From positions 662 through 64,661 of the forward strand of contig JAFTQV010000057.1 in NCBI GenBank assembly GCA_017462605.1: DNA of 64,000 bases, given 5' to 3'. The translations under genes and the position numbers were made by a program. Shown here one piece after another: positions 37,490-47,237 of the stretch. This DNA is from Clostridia bacterium. Its GTDB lineage: Bacteria; Bacillota; Clostridia; Oscillospirales; CAG-272. The stretch's first letter is position 1, and each line of letters starts with the position of its first letter. The notes below the pieces were generated by a model. It searched no databases and was not told where the DNA came from. It was given only the letters and a program-made list of their open reading frames with translations.

Positions 37490-37534
37490 ATTCAAGATTA
37501 TTAAAATTTGTTATATACAAAGGAGAAAAACAAA

Positions 37535-38662
37535 ATGAGTTCCACATTTAAAAAAGTAGTATCAGCCGTTATGGCGGTAGCATTGGTAGCGGTATGCGCG
37601 CTTTCTATGGTATCCTGCCAGAAGTCACTTTTTGAAGAAAACACCTTCAAGATCGGCGCGACAGGTCCGCTTACAGGCGAAGCGGCATCTTACGGTAACT
37701 CCGTAAAGCAGGGTGCTATGCTTGCAGTTAAGCACCTTAATGAAAAAGGCGACGTTAAGTTCTCGTTCGCAATTCTTGATGATAAAGCGGGCGTTGAAGA
37801 TGCAGGTACAAACTATGATACTCTCGCTGATGCGGGAATGCAGATGGCACTCGGCGGAGTAACCTCAGGTTCGGGCGAAGCATTCGCTACTAAGGCAAAC
37901 AGCGATAAGGTATTTACTATGACTCCTTCCGGATCGGCAGATCCTGTTATCAAGGATAAGAAGTTCTCTTTCCGTCTTTGCTTCGGAGATCCCGACCAGG
38001 GCGCTCTTGCTGCAGCAGAGATCAAAGCGGCAGGCTACACCAACGTTGGCGCTATCTACGATGAGTCCGATTCTTACTCAGCCGGTATTTATGCGGCATT
38101 TAAGACCGCTATGGCAGATCTTGGCATTCAGTACAACGAGCAGAAGTTTGATAAGGATAATAATAAGGACTTCTCCTCTCAGGCTAATGCTCTTAAGGAT
38201 TGCGACGTAGTATTCATGCCCTTCTACTACACCGAGGCGGCTCTCTTCATTTCTGCAGCTGTTGAAAAGGGAAGCAAGGCAGTATTCTTCGGATGCGACG
38301 GATTTGACGGTATTGCAGATAAGGTTGAGAATGTAACCAACACTATCAAGTACATTACTCCCTTCGATGCAAACAGCACCGAAGCAAACGTTAAGGCATT
38401 CGTTGATGCATACAAGGCTGAGTACAATCAGGTTCCCGATCAGTTCGCAGCAGATGCATACGACGTTGTTATGGTACTTGCGGCTGCACTTAAGAAGGCA
38501 GGCGTTACTGATTACAACACAGCGGCAAGCGTTATAGGTGAAAAGATATACGAGGCAGTAACCTCCGCTGACTTCTCCTATGACGGTCTTACCGGTAGCG
38601 ATATGACCTGGGATACCGAAGGCAAATGCTCCAAGGCTCCCAAGATCGTTACTCTTCAGTAA
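37535..38662 (+). CDS. livJ: branched-chain amino acid ABC transporter substrate-binding lipoprotein
   Basis: Start ATG 37535 (MSSTFKK...) behind AAAGGAG. Lipobox (MVSC). Type-1 periplasmic binding fold typical of LivJ/LivK homologues. Confidence 0.88.
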   Translation: MSSTFKKVVSAVMAVALVAVCALSMVSCQKSLFEENTFKIGATGPLTGEAASYGNSVKQGAMLAVKHLNEKGDVKFSFAILDDKAGVEDAGTNYDTLADAGMQMALGGVTSGSGEAFATKANSDKVFTMTPSGSADPVIKDKKFSFRLCFGDPDQGALAAAEIKAAGYTNVGAIYDESDSYSAGIYAAFKTAMADLGIQYNEQKFDKDNNKDFSSQANALKDCDVVFMPFYYTEAALFISAAVEKGSKAVFFGCDGFDGIADKVENVTNTIKYITPFDANSTEANVKAFVDAYKAEYNQVPDQFAADAYDVVMVLAAALKKAGVTDYNTAASVIGEKIYEAVTSADFSYDGLTGSDMTWDTEGKCSKAPKIVTLQ

Positions 38663-38800
38663 TAATATTATTCAGGACAGATCTCGTGCGGCAATGCCGC
38701 ACGGGTCTATCTTGCGTTTATAGGATAAATTCAAATTTGCCAGATTTGCCGTGAAACAAGGTGAAATGTAAATTTGAATTGTCAAAGAAAGGGAAAACAC

Positions 38801-39676
38801 ATGTTTTTTAGTACTCTAATAGATGGACTGAGTCTTGGAGCGATCTACGCTCTTATAGCTCTTGGCTATACTATGGTATACGGAATAGCTAAGATGCTTA
38901 ATTTTGCTCACGGAGATATAATAATGGTTGGAGCGCTTACCGTATATTATTCACTTTCCGTGGAAAATACGGTCTTATCGATCATTCTTGCAGTCCTTCT
39001 TCCTGTAGTAATATGCACAGTTCTCGGCATTGTAGTTGAGAAGACCGCGTATAAGCCATTAAGGGGCGCGTCTCCGCTTGCCGTATTGATCACTGCTATT
39101 GGCATAAGCTACTTGCTTCAGGGTATTGCTCAGCTTAAATTCGTTTTCGGCGTCACTCCCGAAACCGTAACTAACTTTAAGATACCCGGAAGTATTTTCG
39201 GTATAAACTGGTCAACTATCGTAACCCTTGTCGTTGCGGCTATACTTATGATAGCTCTTACCGTATTCGTCAAGAAATCCAAGATAGGTCGCGCGATGGT
39301 AGCCGTCTCAGAGGATAGAGCGGCCGCTCAGCTGATGGGAATAAACGTTAATGCGATAATATCGCTTACATTTGCGATAGGCTCAGCTCTTGCCGCTGCG
39401 GCTTCGATATTTTATCTTATGCAGATCCCTCAGGTCTCCTCGACCCTTGGCTCTATGCCCGGTATAAAAGCATTTACGGCAGCGGTCATCGGCGGTATAG
39501 GTTCTATTCCCGGTGCTATGCTCGGAGGAATATTGCTCGGAATAATTGAAAAGATAGCTCTCAGCATTCCCGCTCTTGCGCCTTATACCGTGGCGATCGA
39601 ATTTTCGTTGCTTATCTTAATTCTTCTTGTCAAGCCCTCGGGACTTCTCGGTAAGAAGCGTAATGAGAAGGTTTAA
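38801..39676 (+). CDS. livH: branched-chain amino acid ABC transporter permease
   Basis: Start ATG 38801 (MFFSTLIDGLSLGAIYALIALGYTMVYG), the canonical LivH N-terminus. Confidence 0.92.
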   Translation: MFFSTLIDGLSLGAIYALIALGYTMVYGIAKMLNFAHGDIIMVGALTVYYSLSVENTVLSIILAVLLPVVICTVLGIVVEKTAYKPLRGASPLAVLITAIGISYLLQGIAQLKFVFGVTPETVTNFKIPGSIFGINWSTIVTLVVAAILMIALTVFVKKSKIGRAMVAVSEDRAAAQLMGINVNAIISLTFAIGSALAAAASIFYLMQIPQVSSTLGSMPGIKAFTAAVIGGIGSIPGAMLGGILLGIIEKIALSIPALAPYTVAIEFSLLILILLVKPSGLLGKKRNEKV

Positions 39677-39683
39677 GGAGGGT

Positions 39684-40853
39684 ATGATGAAAGAATATTT
39701 ATTAAATATCAAAAATGCGTTCAAGCTTAAGCATTATATCAACTATATAGTGTTGCTCGCCGTATTTGCGCTCTTTACCGCGCTTTATTATGCAGGCGCC
39801 TTGAATCGCTCAACCCCTTCGCTTTTTAATCAGATACTGTATAGTGTGATACTTGCCGTATCACTTAACCTCGTTGTAGGCTTCCTTGGAGAGCTTTCTC
39901 TCGGACACGCAGGCTTTATGTGTATAGGAGCTTATCTTGGAACCTTTATTTCCAATATGCTTATCGGCGCAGGAATGAATACGGTCCTTGCTCTCGCTAT
40001 TTCAATGGTAGCAGGAGCGGCAGTCGCTGCAGCATTTGGACTTCTCGTTGGTCTGCCCGCGCTGAGACTCAGAGGAGACTATCTTGCTATCGTAACTCTT
40101 GCTTTCGGTGAGATCATTCGTAATATCTGCAGAAACCTTCCGTTTTTCGGCGGCGCGCAGGGACTCGGATCTGTGATCTATTCCGAAAACCTTACCAATA
40201 AAAAATCGCTCCCTATGTTTATTCCCACCTTTATATGCCTTATGCTTATGCTCGTCGTTATTCAGAACCTGATCCGTTCAAAGCACGGCAGAGCTATAAC
40301 AGCGATAAGGGATAACGAGATAGCAGCAAAGGCAATGGGTGTCAACGTAACCTATTACAAGCTTCTTGTTTTCGTGCTTTCAGCGGCATTCGCGGGATTT
40401 GCGGGCGTCATTTACGGCGCGGGCGTATCTCCCGTTGAGTATTCCACGTTTGACTATAACTACTCTATTGAGATACTCGTTATGGTCGTGCTTGGCGGTA
40501 TGGGCTCGATAAACGGTTCTATCATATCAGCGGCTCTGATCACGGTGATCAACTTCTATCTAAAGGCTTATCTCACAGGCGATATGGCGGCGATTAAAAC
40601 CCTTATTTACGCGCTTATACTGATAGTTATGGTCGTATATAAGAACGCTCCGGCGCTGAAGTCTTTCAGAGAAAAGTATACTTTTAAAAAGCTGATCGAT
40701 AAGATAGTAAATAGGAAAAAGGCTGTTGATTACGTTACCGACGATACTGCTCGCTGGGACGTAGTACCGACAAAGATAGAGATGAACGAGGTTCTTTCGA
40801 CTGATCTGGTCGTAACGGAAAGCGTTGTCTCACCCGATAAGGAGGTTAAATAA
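39684..40853 (+). CDS. livM: branched-chain amino acid ABC transporter permease
   Basis: Start ATG 39684 behind AAGGAGGG. LivM blocks (GELSLGHAGFMCIGAY, LRGDYLAIVTLAFGEI). Confidence 0.92.
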   Translation: MMKEYLLNIKNAFKLKHYINYIVLLAVFALFTALYYAGALNRSTPSLFNQILYSVILAVSLNLVVGFLGELSLGHAGFMCIGAYLGTFISNMLIGAGMNTVLALAISMVAGAAVAAAFGLLVGLPALRLRGDYLAIVTLAFGEIIRNICRNLPFFGGAQGLGSVIYSENLTNKKSLPMFIPTFICLMLMLVVIQNLIRSKHGRAITAIRDNEIAAKAMGVNVTYYKLLVFVLSAAFAGFAGVIYGAGVSPVEYSTFDYNYSIEILVMVVLGGMGSINGSIISAALITVINFYLKAYLTGDMAAIKTLIYALILIVMVVYKNAPALKSFREKYTFKKLIDKIVNRKKAVDYVTDDTARWDVVPTKIEMNEVLSTDLVVTESVVSPDKEVK

Positions 40854-41623
40854 TGTCTGATTTTGCATTAAAGACTACCGATCTCGGAATATCATTTGGC
40901 GGACTTAAGGCAGTCCAGAACGTTAATCTTGAGATCAAGGAAAAAGAGATTTACGGACTTATAGGACCTAACGGCGCAGGTAAAACGACCGTATTCAATA
41001 TGCTCACGGGAGTATATCTTCCCACTACGGGCACGTTTTATCTTAACGGAAAAGAGCTTAAGGGATTTTCGCAGGAGAGGATAAACCATGAAGGTATCGC
41101 GAGAACCTTCCAGAATATCAGGCTTTTCAATAATATGACCGTCATAAGAAACGTCATGGTCGGTCTGCACAATTCACCCGAATTCAAATGCAATCCCTTT
41201 GTCAGTATGTTCAGGCTTCCGGGGCACTTCGATGCCGAAAAAAGAATGCGCCAAAGGGCTAAGGAAATACTTGATATATTCGGTTTGCTTGAAGAAAGAA
41301 ACCAGCTCGCCTGCAATCTTCCGTACGGAAAGCAGAGAAAGCTTGAGATAGCGAGAGCGCTTGCAACAAATCCTAAGCTTCTTCTCCTTGATGAGCCTGC
41401 GGCAGGCATGAACCCCCAGGAAACCGCAGAGCTTATGGACACAATAAGATTTGTTCGAGATAAATTCGATGTGACGATACTTCTCATCGAGCATGATATG
41501 AGCCTTGTCAGCGGAATTTGCGATAGACTTACCGTTCTTAACTTCGGCGAGGTTCTTGCCGAGGGTGAGGTAAGCGACGTACTCAATAACCCCGAAGTCG
41601 TCAAAGCGTACCTCGGAGACTAA
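40853..41623 (+). CDS. livG: branched-chain amino acid ABC transporter ATP-binding protein
   Basis: 256 aa. GPNGAGKTT, LPYGKQRKLEIARAL, LLLLDEPAAG. Confidence 0.93.
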   Translation: MSDFALKTTDLGISFGGLKAVQNVNLEIKEKEIYGLIGPNGAGKTTVFNMLTGVYLPTTGTFYLNGKELKGFSQERINHEGIARTFQNIRLFNNMTVIRNVMVGLHNSPEFKCNPFVSMFRLPGHFDAEKRMRQRAKEILDIFGLLEERNQLACNLPYGKQRKLEIARALATNPKLLLLDEPAAGMNPQETAELMDTIRFVRDKFDVTILLIEHDMSLVSGICDRLTVLNFGEVLAEGEVSDVLNNPEVVKAYLGD

Positions 41624-41638
41624 AATGGAGAGTTTAAT

Positions 41639-42357
41639 ATGTCATTACTTGAAGTAAATAATCTTGAAGTCAGCTACGGACTTATTAAAGCCGTCAAGGG
41701 CGTCTCCTTCGAGGTCAAGGAAGGGGAGATCGTTGCGCTCATAGGAGCAAACGGCGCGGGCAAAACAACTATAATGCACGCTCTCAACGGTATTATTCCC
41801 AAAGCGGGCGGCGCCGTTACGTTTGACGGCGCGGATATTACCGCAACACCCGCCCATAAGCTTGTATCTCTCGGTATGGCGCAGGTTCCCGAGGGAAGAA
41901 GAATATTCCAGGAGCTTACCGTTTTCGAAAACCTGAGAATGGGATATTTCATCAAAACGATAAAGCTGAGTTTGAGGCTAAGATCGAAGAAATGTATAGC
42001 CATTTCCCGATCCTCAAGGAGCGATCGAAGCAGATAGCTGGCACACTTTCCGGCGGAGAGCAGCAGATGCTCGCTATGAGCCGCGCTCTTATGTCAAGCC
42101 CCAAGCTTTTGCTTCTTGACGAACCGAGCATGGGACTTTCTCCGCTTTACGTTAATATCATCTTTGATATGATAAAGACCGTAAATGCCAACGGAACGAC
42201 GGTTCTCCTCGTTGAGCAGAACGCAAAAAAAGCTCTTGCGATAGCCAACAGAGCATACGTGCTTGATCTTGGCAGAATGACCAAGACGGGAACGGGTGCC
42301 GAGCTTCTCGAGGACGAGGACGTAAGAAAAGCGTACCTCGGCGGAGCAGGAAACTGA
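41639..42357 (+). pseudogene. livF: livF ATP-binding subunit interrupted by a -1 frameshift in an A4 run
   Basis: ORF 41639..42037 (Walker A GANGAGKTT) and ORF 41992..42357 (LSGGEQQ, LLLLDEPS) are the two halves of one LivF. The frames join if AAAA 41954-57 is read as AAAAA (..GYFIKNDKAEFEAKIEEMYSHFP..). Confidence 0.85.
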
Positions 42358-42369
42358 TCAATACAAATA

Positions 42370-42413
42370 AAAAGAACGAAATCAGCGATATCAGCTGATC
42401 TCGTTCTTTTTTA
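42370..42413. terminator. bidirectional rho-independent terminator between livF (+) and the aro operon (-)
   Basis: AAGAACGAAATCAGC 42372-86 / GCTGATCTCGTTCTT 42394-408, flanked by an A-run and a T-run. Confidence 0.75.
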
Positions 42414-42435
42414 TTTGTGTAAGTATTATTTCGTC

Positions 42436-43467
42436 TTAGAGCAACTGTGCAAGATCATAGATCATTCTCTCGGTTTTCTCAAATCCGAGGCAAGGGTCGG
42501 TTATAGATTTACCGTATACCTCGTCGCAGGATATCTTCTGCGCGCCGTCCTCAAGATAGCTTTCTATCATAAGGCCCTTGACGAGCTTCTTAACCTCGGG
42601 ATCGTAATTTCTGCTTTTTGCGATCTCAAGAGCAATTCTCGGCTGCTCAAGATACTTTTTACCCGAATTTGCGTGGTTAGTATCAATAATGCAAGCGGGA
42701 TTGACAAGACCCGAATTCTTATAAGCCTCAGCGAGTCCCGTAATGTCCTCGTAGTGATAGTTGGGGTGCGACTGACCGTGCTTGTCCACGTAGCCTCTGA
42801 GGATAGCATGCGCATAAGGGTTGCCCGCGGTCTCTACTTCCCAGCCTCGGTAGCAGAAAACGTGCGATGACTGAGCCGCTTTTATAGAATTCATCATAAT
42901 ACTGATATCTCCGCCCGTCGGATTTTTCATACCAACGGGGATAGCAAGACCGCTTGCGGTAAGTCTGTGCTGCTGGTCCTCAACGCTTCTTGCACCAACC
43001 GCAATGTAAGCAAGCACGTCTGAAAGGTATCTGTGATTTTCGGGATAAAGCATCTCGTCCGCGCAGCCGAATCCCGTCTCGCTGATAGCTCTCATATGGA
43101 GCTTTCTTATTGCGACTATGCCCTTAAGCATATCGGGAGCGGCATTGGGATCGGGCTGATGAAGCATGCCCTTGTAGCCTTCGCCGGTGGTTCTCGGCTT
43201 ATTGGTATATATTCTCGGAACGATGAATATTTTATCCGAAACCTTGTCCGCAACCTTTCTTAAGCGGTAAATATAATCAAGAACCGCATCCTCACGGTCT
43301 GCAGAGCAAGGACCGATAACGAGAATGAATTTATCGCTTCTTCCCGAAAAGATATCGCCAAGCTCTTTTATCGTCGCGTCTCTTGCCTTTTTTATTTTCT
43401 CTGTAACGGGGAATTGCTCCTTTATCTCCATTGGTATAGGGAGCTTACGGTAAAACTTCATATTCAT
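42436..43467 (-). CDS. aroF: 3-deoxy-7-phosphoheptulonate (DAHP) synthase, class I
   Basis: 343 aa. IGPCS, KPRTT..GYKGM and HANS-type blocks of class I-alpha DAHP synthases. Confidence 0.88.
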   Translation of the reverse strand: MNMKFYRKLPIPMEIKEQFPVTEKIKKARDATIKELGDIFSGRSDKFILVIGPCSADREDAVLDYIYRLRKVADKVSDKIFIVPRIYTNKPRTTGEGYKGMLHQPDPNAAPDMLKGIVAIRKLHMRAISETGFGCADEMLYPENHRYLSDVLAYIAVGARSVEDQQHRLTASGLAIPVGMKNPTGGDISIMMNSIKAAQSSHVFCYRGWEVETAGNPYAHAILRGYVDKHGQSHPNYHYEDITGLAEAYKNSGLVNPACIIDTNHANSGKKYLEQPRIALEIAKSRNYDPEVKKLVKGLMIESYLEDGAQKISCDEVYGKSITDPCLGFEKTERMIYDLAQLL

Positions 43468-43487
43468 AATAGTATTTCTCCGGTAAA

Positions 43488-44357
43488 TTATTTCGTGGGT
43501 TTATCAAAAAGCTCTCGCCTATTTGATGCTAAACGCATTTTGCTTCTCATTGCCTCGGCATCGCCTCGTTCGAGCATCTCTCTGAATTCGTTGAATTTTT
43601 TTGAGAAGCTATCCATTTCAGCGAGCAACGCCTCACGGTTCTGCATAAATAATTCGCTCCACATCAGGTCGTTGATCTTCGCTATTCGAGTTAGATCTCT
43701 GAATGAGTCTCCCGTGTATTTTTCAAGGCCATCGCTCGAGTTTGAGGTCATAAGAGTGACGGCTATGCAGTGCGTAAGCTGAGAGAGAAAAGCTATCATC
43801 TCGTCATGCTCCTCAATGGAAAGCTCTGATATCTTAGCAAATCCAAGCTCCTCTCCGAGCTTGGAGCATATAGCGATCGCGTTCTCGGTATTCTTATCGG
43901 TGGGGACGACGATATAGTTTGCGCCCCTGAATACTTCGGCGTTGCTGTATTCAACTCCGCTTTTTTCGCGGCCCGCCATCGGGTGAGCGGAGATAAATTC
44001 AACGTCGGGGCGGAGAATTGCCTGAATTTCGCGCACTATACCGCTTTTTACACCGGTAACGTCCGTGATTATCGTACCGGGAGAAAAAAGATGCTGATTA
44101 TCTTCGACCCATTCGCGGAAAACGTGCGGATAGAGAGCGAATACTATAAGCTCCGATTCAGCGATAAGCGCTTCGTCTATCTCGCTCGTTCCGTATTCTA
44201 TCATTCCGTGGGCGATCGCGTAGTCAACGTCCTTCGGCTCCTTGGTTATGCATCTGACGTGCTTATATCCACGGTAGGTAAGAGCCTTTGCATAGCCGCC
44301 GCCAATAACTCCGAGACCAACTATCAGTATTTTAGTATCAAAATTAAGTTCAGTCAT
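43488..44357 (-). CDS. tyrA: prephenate dehydrogenase
   Basis: 289 aa. N-terminal Rossmann motif IVGLGVIGG, HPMAG catalytic block. Confidence 0.85.
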   Translation of the reverse strand: MTELNFDTKILIVGLGVIGGGYAKALTYRGYKHVRCITKEPKDVDYAIAHGMIEYGTSEIDEALIAESELIVFALYPHVFREWVEDNQHLFSPGTIITDVTGVKSGIVREIQAILRPDVEFISAHPMAGREKSGVEYSNAEVFRGANYIVVPTDKNTENAIAICSKLGEELGFAKISELSIEEHDEMIAFLSQLTHCIAVTLMTSNSSDGLEKYTGDSFRDLTRIAKINDLMWSELFMQNREALLAEMDSFSKKFNEFREMLERGDAEAMRSKMRLASNRRELFDKPTK

Positions 44358-45564
44358 ATTTTTTCACCTCAACTCCAAGGCGCTCAAGGTCGCCGAAGAA
44401 ATCGGGATAGCTCTTAGCCACCGCTTCAGCGCCGATGATCTCGCCGCCGAATTCGGTCAGAAGAATGGCAAGCGCCATAACTATTCTGTGATCGTTATGC
44501 GAATCGATAGGCGAAGACGGAGCGTGAAGCGGTGCGGGGCGAACGGTGATCCTGTTCTCTTCCACGGTAATATCCGCTCCGAGCTTTGCAAGCTCACACT
44601 TCATCGCGTCAGCTCTGTCGCATTCCTTGAGAACGAGACGTCTTGTGCCCTCAAATACCGCTCCGTTGTGATATGCCGCGAGAGCCATGAGTATAGGCGC
44701 AAGATCGGGGCAGTCTTCAACGTTGATAAGGGGCATTTTTTCTTTTTTAAGCCTCGGGAAATATTCAAGATATACTCGGTCTCCCTGAGCGGAGTCGGGA
44801 TCGAGACCGAGGACGGTAACGTCGCCGCCAACGTAATTCAAAGCTTCAAGAAACGCCGCTCCGGAGTAGTCTCCTTCGACTCGAGACGAGCAATTCCTAT
44901 AGCTCTGATTGCCCGGGATCCTTATTGTATATTCATCGGTAAATTCGGCGAAAATACCGAATTTTTTCACAGCCGCAAGTGTCAGATCAATATACGATCT
45001 GCTCTCAAATGGAGGTACTATCTTAAGAATGCTATCGCCGTCAAGAACGGGCAGAGCAAAGATAAGACCGGTTATAAACTGGCTGCTGACGTCACCTCTG
45101 ACCGTGTATTCGCCTGCTTCCAGAGGACCGTCTACGTAAAGAATATCCGAAAGTCTCTTGAAAAGCATATTTTTTCCGTCGTAGATCTCTTCGTATACCG
45201 AAAGCGGTCTTTCGAGGAGCTTTTTTGCGCCCGAAAAGCATACTCTCGCGCCAGAAAGAGTGGCAACTGGTATCATAAAGCGAAGGGTGCTTCCGCTCTC
45301 GCGGCAATAAAGCGAGCCGCGCGGCGCGGTCTTTTTCATATTTGTTCCTTCAACCGTATATACCCCTTCGGATGCGTGAATATTTACTCCGAGAGCATTA
45401 AGGCAATCCACGGTCGCGAGAACGTCCTCGGAAGGAGTGACTCCCGATATAACGCTCACGCCCTCAGCCATTCCTGCCGAGATCAGAAGTCTGTGCGCCA
45501 TGCTCTTTGAGCCGGGCGCCATTACCTCTCCCTTTGCCGCGCTTATACTTATTCTGACCTTCAT
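44350..45564 (-). CDS. aroA: 3-phosphoshikimate 1-carboxyvinyltransferase (EPSP synthase)
   Basis: 404 aa. PGSKSMAHR, LKECDR and DHRIVMA blocks. Confidence 0.92.
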   Translation of the reverse strand: MKVRISISAAKGEVMAPGSKSMAHRLLISAGMAEGVSVISGVTPSEDVLATVDCLNALGVNIHASEGVYTVEGTNMKKTAPRGSLYCRESGSTLRFMIPVATLSGARVCFSGAKKLLERPLSVYEEIYDGKNMLFKRLSDILYVDGPLEAGEYTVRGDVSSQFITGLIFALPVLDGDSILKIVPPFESRSYIDLTLAAVKKFGIFAEFTDEYTIRIPGNQSYRNCSSRVEGDYSGAAFLEALNYVGGDVTVLGLDPDSAQGDRVYLEYFPRLKKEKMPLINVEDCPDLAPILMALAAYHNGAVFEGTRRLVLKECDRADAMKCELAKLGADITVEENRITVRPAPLHAPSSPIDSHNDHRIVMALAILLTEFGGEIIGAEAVAKSYPDFFGDLERLGVEVKKYD

Positions 45565-45995
45565 TTTTTGCCTCCGATAAGAAAATCGCAGGCATCGATA
45601 TAGCCTTGAAATCCGCGCCCTGTAATAGTCTTGGCGGCAGCGAGTCTTACGTAGCTTATCTGCCTGAAATCCTCGCGCTCCTCTACCTTTGAGATATGCA
45701 CCTCAACGGTCGGAATTTTCACAGAGAGCAGAGCATCAAGCAAGGCTATGCTCGTATGCGTATAAGCGCCGGGATTAATGACGATGCCGTCCGCCTTTTC
45801 AAAGTATGCCTCTTGTATCTTATCAACCAGGTCTCCCTCGTGATTGGACTGATAGAAAACGGCGTCGACGCCCAGCGCCGTCAGATGTTCGGATATTTTT
45901 TTGACAAGAGCATCGTAGCTCTCGGAGCCGTATTTATCAGGCTCCCTTACCCCCAGCATATTGAGGTTCGGTCCGTTAATGATATAAAGCTTCAT
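45561..45995 (-). CDS. aroQ: type II 3-dehydroquinate dehydratase
   Basis: 144 aa. INGPNLNMLGVREP, INPGAYTHTSIAL, EVHISK. Confidence 0.92.
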   Translation of the reverse strand: MKLYIINGPNLNMLGVREPDKYGSESYDALVKKISEHLTALGVDAVFYQSNHEGDLVDKIQEAYFEKADGIVINPGAYTHTSIALLDALLSVKIPTVEVHISKVEEREDFRQISYVRLAAAKTITGRGFQGYIDACDFLIGGKK

Positions 45996-47236
45996 TTTCT
46001 CTCCAGATGTTTACTAAGTATCAGCTCGGCAACCTCTTCTTTTGAGCAGTCCGCATTGATTATAACGTCTGCCGAGCTTTTATATATTTCATACCTCTCG
46101 CGGTATCTCTTTTCGATTGCCGCAAAATCCTGCGCAAGCGGTCTGTCCTTTGTCGGTATAAGAGCGGAAAGCGGTCTGTCTATAAAATAGATCCTGCCGT
46201 TCTGCCTGAGCATTCTCATATTCTCCTTCTTCAAGGGTACACCGCCGCCTGTCGCGATGATTATACCGCTCTCGGGGGAAACGAGATCTACCGCCTCGGA
46301 TTCAAGCAATCTGAAATGCTCCTCGCCAAAGCGAAGGAATATATCGGAAATAGGCGTTGCTGCGGTTTTGACCACCTCATCGTCAGTATCAACGAGCCTT
46401 CTTCCGAGCCTTTTTGCAAGTATCCTTCCAACGGTGGATTTGCCCGAGCCGGGCATTCCGATGAGTACGATATTTTCCTTCGCGCTCTCTATTCTGTCAA
46501 ATATTTCGTCGCAAAGCGCTTCGGGGTACTTCGTATCAAGAAAGTATTCCGATGCCTTGACTCCCTGGGCAACAAGCATATAAAGTCCGCCCGCAGCCTT
46601 TACTCCGAGAGATCTTGCCTCTGATATAAGCTCTGTGGATAGGGGATTATATATTGCGTCTATCACTCCAATCAGCTTTGGAAACCTTGATAATTCGATA
46701 GGCTTCGCATGTATATTCGGATACATACCAACGGGAGTAGTATTTATAATTATTTCCGAATCCGTGTGGTATTTGTAAATATCGGTATACAAAACAGAAG
46801 AATTATCTGCTTTTCTCGAGGCTTTTACTATTTCTCTCGCGCCATATGACTTCGCCACGGCATATGCGGTTTTTGAAGTTCCGCCCGTGCCGAGTATCAG
46901 CACCTTTTTACCCTCAAACGAAATGCCATACCTTTTCGCGAGAGCGGACAGACCGTAAAAATCGGTATTATATCCGTAAAGCTTACCGCAGCGGTTAACT
47001 ACCGTGTTGGTCGCGCCGATAGAGAGGCATGCGTCATCAACGTGATCGAGATACGGCATTACCATTTCCTTGTAGGGAATAGTAACGTTTATGGCATTGA
47101 AATCACGCGCTCTCATAAAGGAATCAAGACCGTCGCGCGGAATTTCTTTTATCTCATATTCATAATCGGCGATCTCGCCGTGTATTTCTTTGGAAAAGCT
47201 ATGACCGAGCTTTTCTCCTATGCAACCGTACTTCAT
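45992..47236 (-). CDS. bifunctional shikimate dehydrogenase / shikimate kinase fusion
   Basis: 414 aa. N-terminal AroE (GEKLGHSFSKEIH, GTGGTSK). C-terminal ~170 aa AroK (IGMPGSGKSTVGRILA, DTDD, GGG). Confidence 0.85.
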   Translation of the reverse strand: MKYGCIGEKLGHSFSKEIHGEIADYEYEIKEIPRDGLDSFMRARDFNAINVTIPYKEMVMPYLDHVDDACLSIGATNTVVNRCGKLYGYNTDFYGLSALAKRYGISFEGKKVLILGTGGTSKTAYAVAKSYGAREIVKASRKADNSSVLYTDIYKYHTDSEIIINTTPVGMYPNIHAKPIELSRFPKLIGVIDAIYNPLSTELISEARSLGVKAAGGLYMLVAQGVKASEYFLDTKYPEALCDEIFDRIESAKENIVLIGMPGSGKSTVGRILAKRLGRRLVDTDDEVVKTAATPISDIFLRFGEEHFRLLESEAVDLVSPESGIIIATGGGVPLKKENMRMLRQNGRIYFIDRPLSALIPTKDRPLAQDFAAIEKRYRERYEIYKSSADVIINADCSKEEVAELILSKHLERK

Positions 47237-47237
47237 A

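Noticed and set aside
37185-37534. A T-box riboswitch upstream of the liv operon
   Set aside because: I could find no T-box antiterminator consensus (AAnnnGGGTGGTACCGCG-like) and no convincing Stem I specifier architecture. The leader-peptide model fits the observed elements better.
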